Positions 61,249 to 64,000 of a DNA stretch of 64,000 bases are shown piece after piece (positions within the stretch are counted from its first letter, which is position 1; each line of letters begins with the position of its first letter). The stretch is from an uncultured Chloroflexia bacterium. Lineage in GTDB: Bacteria; Chloroflexota; Anaerolineae; JAAYZQ01. The stretch spans positions 768,001-832,000 of the forward strand of contig CAVOXA010000014.1 in the NCBI GenBank assembly GCA_963700285.1. The letters run 5' to 3'. The notes below the pieces were generated by a model. It ran no database searches. It worked only from the letters and a program-made list of their open reading frames with translations, and was not told where the DNA came from. The translations under genes were made by a program, and so were the position numbers.

Positions 61249-62928
61249 ATGCAAAAACCAAAGAAAATCATGATTATCGGCCTGGATGGCGTCCCCTTGG
61301 GCATCATTCAGCGATGGACGGAGGGTGGATACCTGCCTACCCTCCAGCGCTTGATGGACACCGGTACGGTGGGACATCTACACTCTACGGTGCCGCCCAC
61401 ATCCGGGCCATCCTGGTCCTCCTTTGTGACAGGGATGAATCCTGGAAAGACGGGAATCTATGATTTCCTGTACCGCAGGGACGGAACCTACAGCTTTCCT
61501 CCGGTGAATGCTTCACAACGCGGGGGGACCTCGATATGGCGCTATCTAAGCGACGCCGGATACCAGGTAGGTGTACTGAACATCCCCATGTCCTACCCTG
61601 TGGAACAGGTCAATGGATTCATGGTCAGCGGTTGGCTGACACCTTATGCCGCAAAAGACTATATCTACCCGGCTGAGCTGTCCGACGAACTCGAGCAAGA
61701 GATCGGTGAATATCGGATCTATCCGACTGAGACATTCGCTGAAGGCCGGAAGGATGACTTTCTGAAGGCCAGCTATGAGCTGCTGGAAATGCGCACCCGT
61801 ACCGCCTTGTATCTGGCGCAGAATAAACCATGGGACGTGTTCATGACCGTTTTCTTTGACACGGATCGTTTTCTGCACCAGATGTGGCACTACTTGGAAC
61901 CTGAGCATCCTTGGCGAACCGACGGCGAGGACAAGGAACAAGTGGTACGCGAGTACTTTCAGAAGGTTGACGAGAGCATTGGCTGCCTGGTGGATTGTGC
62001 TGATGAGGACACGATGATCATCATCCTGTCGGACCATGGCATGGGGCAAGCCAATAACTTTATTGTTCTGAACAACTGGCTGCTTGAGGTAGGGCTGTTG
62101 CGCCTGAAACGAGATCCTTGGACGCTTTTCAAAGAGTTCATGTTTCGCAACGGCTTCACCCTGCGAAACATCCACCAGATTGCTGACCGGATGGGACTGG
62201 CGCAACAAGCAGAGTATGTTGCCGGGTACTTTGTCGACCATCTGCTCAAGTTGGCATTCCTCTCCTTCCTGGATGTAGACTGGAGCGCATCAAAGGCATA
62301 CTCCTTTGGCCGGCACCTCGGCTCGGTTTATGTGAATCTAAAAGGGCGTGAGCCCCAGGGTATTGTCGAACCGGGGGCAGAATATGAGGCCGTGCGAGAC
62401 GAGATCGAGAGCTTGGCCTACGAGTTCCGGGATCCACTGACCGGGCGCCAACTAATCGGCGAGGTTCTGCGTCGAGAAGACATATACAGCGGACCTTTTG
62501 TGGGACGGGCTCCCGATCTCATCCTGCGGCCAAGGGAGCCATCCGATATCTTTTTCGGTCTGGCTGATTTTGGTCACAGGAATACCGTGGACACTGTATA
62601 TCGCTACTCGGGTATGCATCGGGACTATGGGATGCTCATCATGAATGGGCCGGCCATTCGCCAGGGAAGCGAGATTACGGGCGCTGTCATCCACGACATC
62701 GCGCCGACCATACTGCATACCATGGGCCTGGCCGTGCCGTCAGACATGGATGGCCGGGCATTGGAGGACGCATTCTCCGAAGGCTATATGGAACGGTTTC
62801 CCGTGAAAACAACCTTGGCATCGCCGGGACCACGACCCCAGGATTCTGATGCCACTGGTACTGACTATACCGAAGAGGGTGAGAAAGAGATTATGGAGCG
62901 GCTGGAGGGATTGGGGTACCTGGGATGA
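61249..62928 (+). CDS. Alkaline-phosphatase-superfamily (type I phosphodiesterase/NPP) protein
   Basis: IGLDG, ST.PP.S..SW.SF.TG.NPGK.G, D..H, SDHG, terminal L.GLGY. Confidence 0.88.
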   Translation: MQKPKKIMIIGLDGVPLGIIQRWTEGGYLPTLQRLMDTGTVGHLHSTVPPTSGPSWSSFVTGMNPGKTGIYDFLYRRDGTYSFPPVNASQRGGTSIWRYLSDAGYQVGVLNIPMSYPVEQVNGFMVSGWLTPYAAKDYIYPAELSDELEQEIGEYRIYPTETFAEGRKDDFLKASYELLEMRTRTALYLAQNKPWDVFMTVFFDTDRFLHQMWHYLEPEHPWRTDGEDKEQVVREYFQKVDESIGCLVDCADEDTMIIILSDHGMGQANNFIVLNNWLLEVGLLRLKRDPWTLFKEFMFRNGFTLRNIHQIADRMGLAQQAEYVAGYFVDHLLKLAFLSFLDVDWSASKAYSFGRHLGSVYVNLKGREPQGIVEPGAEYEAVRDEIESLAYEFRDPLTGRQLIGEVLRREDIYSGPFVGRAPDLILRPREPSDIFFGLADFGHRNTVDTVYRYSGMHRDYGMLIMNGPAIRQGSEITGAVIHDIAPTILHTMGLAVPSDMDGRALEDAFSEGYMERFPVKTTLASPGPRPQDSDATGTDYTEEGEKEIMERLEGLGYLG

Positions 62929-64000
62929 AGGTTCTGGTGATCGGCCTCGATGGTGTGACCTTTGATCTACTTGGCCCCTGGATCGATGCCGGGGAATTGC
63001 CCAACTTGCAGCGACTAATGCGGCAGGGGGCCTGGGGCAAACTCCGCTCAACGCTTCCGCCTATCAGTTCGTCATCCTGGAGTTCCTTTGCCACCGGCGT
63101 GAACCCTGGAAAGCATGGCCTGGTGGATTTTGTGTTCCCGGGCGCCGATAGCTACAAAGTATCTATGGTGAATGCCACCAGCAGAAAGACACGAGCACTC
63201 TGGAACTGGTTGAACAAGGGCGGCAAAAAAGTGGGGTTGCTGGGTATTCCAACCACCTACCCCCCCGAGCCTGTAGATGGCTTTATGATCAGCGGATTCC
63301 TTTCCCCTGGGCCAGATAGCGATTGGGCCTATCCACCCGAACTCAAAGAGGAGATTCTGGCCGAGCTGGGAGAGTTCCAGTTGGCGCCCAACGAGCGGTA
63401 TCGGTCTAGCCGGCACCCGGAGCGGTTCTTGGAGGACCTGACCGCAAGCGTAGAGAACCGCACCCAAGCCGCTCTCTATCTCATGCGCAACAAACCCTGG
63501 GATCTTTTTACGGTTGTGTACTGGGATACCGACATGGTCCAGCATGAAACTTGGCGGTTGCTGGATCCTACGCATCCACGCCATGATCCCGATGAGGCAG
63601 CTGCCCACCACGAGCAGATCTTGGACTTTCACCGGAAGGTTGATGCTGACGTGGGTCGCCTGCTGGCCGAGGTGGACTTGGAGACCCTTGTTGTGGTCAT
63701 GTCAGATCACGGATTCGGCCCTGTACATAGCTTCTTTCTGACCAACAATTGGCTGGCAGAACGGGGATACCTTGCATTCAAGCAGGGGGCACTGACAAGG
63801 GCAAAGCGCGCCTTGTTCCACTTGGGCTTCACACCGCTGCAGATGTTCCGGATCGCCAAAACCTTGGGGCTGGGAAGTCTGCGCAAGAAGGTGCGTTTCC
63901 AGCAGAAAGCAGGACTGCTCAACCGCTTGTTCCTGTCATTCGATGATGTAGACTGGTCGCGTACCAAAGCCTTTAGCATCGGCAGCTTTGGCCAGGTGTA
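62925..64000 (+). CDS. Second alkaline-phosphatase-superfamily protein (partial, runs off window)
   Basis: ATGA overlap; MKVLVIGLDGVTFDLL...STLPPISSSSWSSFATGVNPGKHG...SDHGFG; absent from the ORF track because no stop codon is reached. Confidence 0.88.
   Translation, partial: MKVLVIGLDGVTFDLLGPWIDAGELPNLQRLMRQGAWGKLRSTLPPISSSSWSSFATGVNPGKHGLVDFVFPGADSYKVSMVNATSRKTRALWNWLNKGGKKVGLLGIPTTYPPEPVDGFMISGFLSPGPDSDWAYPPELKEEILAELGEFQLAPNERYRSSRHPERFLEDLTASVENRTQAALYLMRNKPWDLFTVVYWDTDMVQHETWRLLDPTHPRHDPDEAAAHHEQILDFHRKVDADVGRLLAEVDLETLVVVMSDHGFGPVHSFFLTNNWLAERGYLAFKQGALTRAKRALFHLGFTPLQMFRIAKTLGLGSLRKKVRFQQKAGLLNRLFLSFDDVDWSRTKAFSIGSFGQV

Overview
GC-rich bacterial chromosomal window. Gene content and sequence style (DnaD plus double-AAA loader, Pro/Thr-linker Ser/Thr kinase, heptamer repeats, a C-terminal 'LYLSVAMK'-type tail) point to Chloroflexota, probably Anaerolineae; this is inference. 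It holds about 50 mostly core or cell-envelope genes, 3 tRNAs, a PIN toxin-antitoxin pair and several repeat families. I see no CRISPR array, prophage or transposase. The most striking system is the phosphate locus at 17-28.7 kb. PstA carries a complete, circularly permuted PstS phosphate-binding domain inserted in its extracellular loop. The neighbouring pstS is a tandem two-domain gene whose inter-domain junction matches that permutation. PstC has its own extracellular insert, and 11-bp-periodic TTAAC (Pho-box-like) arrays precede both pstS and a stand-alone CBM48-like gene. Other items of note: a NadC-NadA fusion with a long leader, a ~120-aa insert in LeuS, a 24-bp repeat element inserted in frame in an AlkD-like gene, a decaying lipid-oxidation operon, and a two-gene RfaH-like unit with a candidate ops-like motif. 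Frameshifts in pstS, phoR, fadD and an MBL gene look like sequencing or polishing errors.
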